The notes under the pieces are model-generated. The model was not told where the DNA came from and did no database searches. It saw only the letters and a list, made by a program, of their open reading frames with translations. A stretch of 64,000 nt of DNA, from contig CAWJCS010000003.1 in assembly GCA_963841435.1 (NCBI GenBank), forward strand, positions 288,001 through 352,000, given 5' to 3'. The translations under genes were made by a program, and so were the position numbers. This DNA is from an uncultured delta proteobacterium (GTDB taxonomy: Bacteria > Myxococcota_A > Polyangia > Polyangiales > Polyangiaceae). Below, piece by piece: positions 60,850 to 64,000 of this stretch (position 1 is its first letter; every line of letters starts with the position of its first letter).

Positions 60850-63332
60850 CGAGCGCTACCTTCGTCCGCTTCCTGTTGCGTCACTCGCGCGCGATCACCG
60901 TTTGCCTCGTGCTGCTCGCGGTGGTGTCGGGCGTTCGCACGGTGCGCACCTATGCGAACCTGCGGAGCGACCTCGAGGAGCTCCTGCCGGCAAACGCGCC
61001 CGCCGTGGCGGCGCTCGCCGAGGCCAGGGCGCGCTTGCCGGGCCTGCGTCATCTGGGCGTCGTCGTCGACACGGGCGGCCCCGAGCACGCGAAGGCGGCG
61101 CTCACATTCCTGAGCGATCTCGAGCGGCGCGTCCTGCGCTACCCGGGCAACCTCGTGAGCGGCGTCCGCAGCGGCATCGCCGAGGAGCGTCGCTTCGTCG
61201 AAACGCACGGGCTACAGCTCATGCGCCCGGCCGACGTGAAGGAGCTCCGGGAGGCGGTCGAGGCGCGGCACCGCTGGGAGGTCGCCCACGCCACGGGGCT
61301 CAGCCTGTTCTCGGACGAGGAGGAACCGCCGCCTCCGATCCCCGTTGACGCGCTCGAAAAGAAGTACGTCGCGCGTTTCGGGCGACCGCACCCCTTCCCC
61401 GACGATCGCTTCCTCTCGGACGACGGCAAGACCGCCGTGCTCGTGATTCGTGTCGGCTCCCAGGCGACGGGCATCGCTGAGGACGAACGGCTGCTCGAGC
61501 TCGTCCGAACCGACGTGCAAGAGCTCGGCTTCCCCGCGGCGTACGCGGCCGGAATGCGCGTCGGCTACGCGGGCGACGTTGCGACGCGCGTCGAGGAGGC
61601 GCGCGGGCTCGCCGCGGATCTCGGCACCTCGGGCGCCGTCGTGCTCGCGCTGGTGCTCGCGGCCATCGCCTGGTTCTATCGTTCGTTCGCCGCCGTCCCC
61701 GTGCTCGCGCTGCCCGTGGTGTTCGGTGCCCTCTACACGTTCGGACTGGTCGCGCTGCCGCCCCTCGGCATCGTGGAGCTGAACTCGAACACGGCGTTCC
61801 TCTCGTCGATCATCGTCGGCAACGGCGTCAACAGCGGCATCATCCTCTTGGCGCGCTTTCGCGAGCAGACGCGGCTGGGGGACGCGCTCGAGCCCGCGCT
61901 CGTCACCGCCGTGCGCGAAACGTACCGGCCGACCCTCGGCGCGGCCGTCGCGGCGTCCGCCGCGTACGGGTCGCTGCTGCTCACCGATTTCCGGGGGTTC
62001 GCGCAGTTCGGGTGGATCGGGGCGCTCGGCATGCTCGTCTGCTGGGCGACGACGTTCGTTTTCGTGCCGCCGCTCGTTCGGACTTTCGGCAGGTTCCTGC
62101 GCACGAAGGCGTCCCACGGGACTGCCGGGATTTCGCCGCGGCTCACGGCGGTGGTCCTCGGGCGGCCCCGCTGGGTGCTCGGCGTCGGCGTCGCGCTCGC
62201 CGCCATTTGCGTGCTGGGGCTCGCCCGGCGGCGCTCGGACTGGCTCGAGACCGATTTTTCACGCCTGCGGCGGGCGGATTCGTTCGAGCATGGCGAGCGT
62301 TACTGGGGAAAACGCATGGACTCGACCCTCCGCACCTACCTCACGCCCGCCGTCATGCTGACGGACTCCAAAAAGGACGCCGAGCGCGCCGCTGCGGCTC
62401 TGCGCGGACTCCAGCGGGACGGCCGCGCCGGTGGCCTCATCGCAAGCATCCGGACGTCGGAGGCCGTCTTGCCTTCCACGCGTGCGGAGGCGCTCGAAGA
62501 GGCGAAGAAGCTCCGGCAGGAGCTCACACCGACGATGCTCGCCGCACTCTCACCTCCGGACCGCGCGCGCGTCGAACGGCTGCTCTCCGACGAAGCGCTC
62601 ACGCCGCTCACCGACGCCGACGTGCCCGCGGCGCTCGCCGCCGGCCTGCGAGACAAGAAGGGGCACATCGACCGGAACGTGCTCGTCTTCCCGAAGCTCG
62701 GCGCGGGCACCTGGGACGCCGGACGCATGCAGGCGTTCACGCGTGGTCTTCGGCGCGTCGCCCACGACGAGGGCAACAACGCCGTGGTCGTGGGAGCGCT
62801 CCTGCTCTCGACCGACATCATCGATGCCATGCGACGCGACGGTCCAATCGCCACGGGGGCGGCCATGGCGTTCGTGCTGCTCGTCGCCGTGCTCGCGTTC
62901 CGCTCCTTCGGACTTTCGCTGGCGGCCATGGCGAGCCTGTTGTTCGGCGTGCTTTTGATGCTCGGCACCGCGGCGTGGTCGGGCCAGCGCTTGAATTTTT
63001 CGAACCTCATCGCGCTCCCCATCACGTTCGGCGTCGCCGCCGACTATTCGATCAACGTGCTGCGGCGCTATCAGGCGGGGGGCGACCTCGCGGCGGCGAT
63101 GGCGAGCACAGGCGGCGCCGTCGCGCTCTGCTCCGCGACGACCGTGATCGGATTCGGGTCGCTGCTCATCGCGCAGAACCGCGCGCTGTCGTCGTTCGGG
63201 GCGCTCGCCGTGACCGGGGAGCTTGCCTGTCTCGGCACGGCGGTCCTGGTTCTGCCCGCACTGCTCGCGTGGTCGGGCGACCGCCGGGCGCCGGCCGGCG
63301 CCACCCATGGCGCGGAGGAGCACGCGACATGA
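60846..63332 (+). CDS. MMPL/RND family transporter
   Basis: Two repeats of TM + periplasmic loop + 5 TM; DLEELLP, GNGVNSGI, FGVAADYS, TTVIGFGSL. Confidence 0.9.
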   Translation: MTSATFVRFLLRHSRAITVCLVLLAVVSGVRTVRTYANLRSDLEELLPANAPAVAALAEARARLPGLRHLGVVVDTGGPEHAKAALTFLSDLERRVLRYPGNLVSGVRSGIAEERRFVETHGLQLMRPADVKELREAVEARHRWEVAHATGLSLFSDEEEPPPPIPVDALEKKYVARFGRPHPFPDDRFLSDDGKTAVLVIRVGSQATGIAEDERLLELVRTDVQELGFPAAYAAGMRVGYAGDVATRVEEARGLAADLGTSGAVVLALVLAAIAWFYRSFAAVPVLALPVVFGALYTFGLVALPPLGIVELNSNTAFLSSIIVGNGVNSGIILLARFREQTRLGDALEPALVTAVRETYRPTLGAAVAASAAYGSLLLTDFRGFAQFGWIGALGMLVCWATTFVFVPPLVRTFGRFLRTKASHGTAGISPRLTAVVLGRPRWVLGVGVALAAICVLGLARRRSDWLETDFSRLRRADSFEHGERYWGKRMDSTLRTYLTPAVMLTDSKKDAERAAAALRGLQRDGRAGGLIASIRTSEAVLPSTRAEALEEAKKLRQELTPTMLAALSPPDRARVERLLSDEALTPLTDADVPAALAAGLRDKKGHIDRNVLVFPKLGAGTWDAGRMQAFTRGLRRVAHDEGNNAVVVGALLLSTDIIDAMRRDGPIATGAAMAFVLLVAVLAFRSFGLSLAAMASLLFGVLLMLGTAAWSGQRLNFSNLIALPITFGVAADYSINVLRRYQAGGDLAAAMASTGGAVALCSATTVIGFGSLLIAQNRALSSFGALAVTGELACLGTAVLVLPALLAWSGDRRAPAGATHGAEEHAT

Positions 63333-64000
63333 AGCGGCGCGCCGTGCGGGCCTGGCTCGCCGCCGCTCTCTTCGTGACCGTCGCCGTGCCCGCGGCAGCC
63401 GAGCCCCGGCGCGTGAGCCTCGTGCAAGCCGTGGGCAGAGCGCGGCAAAATCCCCTCGCGCGAGCGGCGCTCGAACGCACGCGAGCGGCGCAGGCGCAGG
63501 CAGACGAGGCGCGCGGCGCTCGCTGGCCGCGCCTCGTCGTCACCTCGTTCATCGCCCCGAGCCCCGACATCCGCTGCCAGAACGCCGACTGCACGCGCAC
63601 GGAGCCCAAGGATCCGCAGTTCGGCGTCGCGGGGCTGTTCGGCGGCGTGCGCGCCGAGCTCTATCAACCGCTCTTCACCTTCGGCAAGATCGACTCCACG
63701 ATCGACGCTGCTGCGAGCGCGGCGCGCATGCAGGAGGCGCTCGCCGAGGGCGTGGCGCGCGACCTGGGCGTCGACGCGGCCCGGGCCTATCTCGGCGTCA
63801 AGCTCGCGCGCGAGGTCGCCGCGATGCTCGAGGACGGCCGGCAGCGCCTCGTCAAGGGCAAGGCGACCCTCGAGGAGCGGCTCGAGCAGGGTGATCCCGA
63901 CGTGACCGTGCAGGATCGCCTGCGGCTCGAAACGTTCGACGCCGAAATCCGTGCGCGCGCGAGCGAGGCGCGCGAAAACGAGGGCATCGCCCTCTCGGCG
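63329..64000 (+). CDS. TolC family outer-membrane protein (3' partial)
   Basis: Own translation: MKRRAVRAWL.. signal, SLVQAV..ARQNP, ARWPRL, QPLFTFGKI, ARAY. ATGA-coupled to the MMPL gene. Confidence 0.85.
   Translation, partial: MKRRAVRAWLAAALFVTVAVPAAAEPRRVSLVQAVGRARQNPLARAALERTRAAQAQADEARGARWPRLVVTSFIAPSPDIRCQNADCTRTEPKDPQFGVAGLFGGVRAELYQPLFTFGKIDSTIDAAASAARMQEALAEGVARDLGVDAARAYLGVKLAREVAAMLEDGRQRLVKGKATLEERLEQGDPDVTVQDRLRLETFDAEIRARASEARENEGIALSA

Overview
High-GC (roughly 70%), gene-dense bacterial DNA that looks myxobacterial, most like Polyangiaceae/Sorangium relatives. This is inferred from the Gly-rich lipoproteins, a MYXO-CTERM-like tail, Cys-rich repeats, eukaryotic-like Ser/Thr kinases, TPR-PEGA proteins and a DUF1592/DUF1552 pair. 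About 54 coding regions were found; no rRNA, tRNA or CRISPR array was seen. Main blocks: (1) two paralogous 12-Cys lipoproteins translationally coupled to a ferritin-like diiron protein; (2) lipid-anchored polysaccharide enzymes on Gly-rich linkers (GH10, two GH30, GH44, CE15, several esterases); (3) three signalling cassettes (kinase/sigma54-activator/TPR-PEGA; ECF/FecR; kinase/FHA/TPR-PEGA), some with apparent pseudo-enzymes; (4) a ~200 bp MITE with CTAG ends sitting on a stop codon; (5) an operon opposite a TetR gene for inositol lipid synthesis and export (ino1, CDP-alcohol transferase-GtrA fusion, Aur1/IPC-synthase-like protein, MMPL, TolC) running off the right end. About eight genes carry single frameshifts or in-frame stops, which may be assembly errors. 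All family calls come from motif recognition by eye, not database searches.
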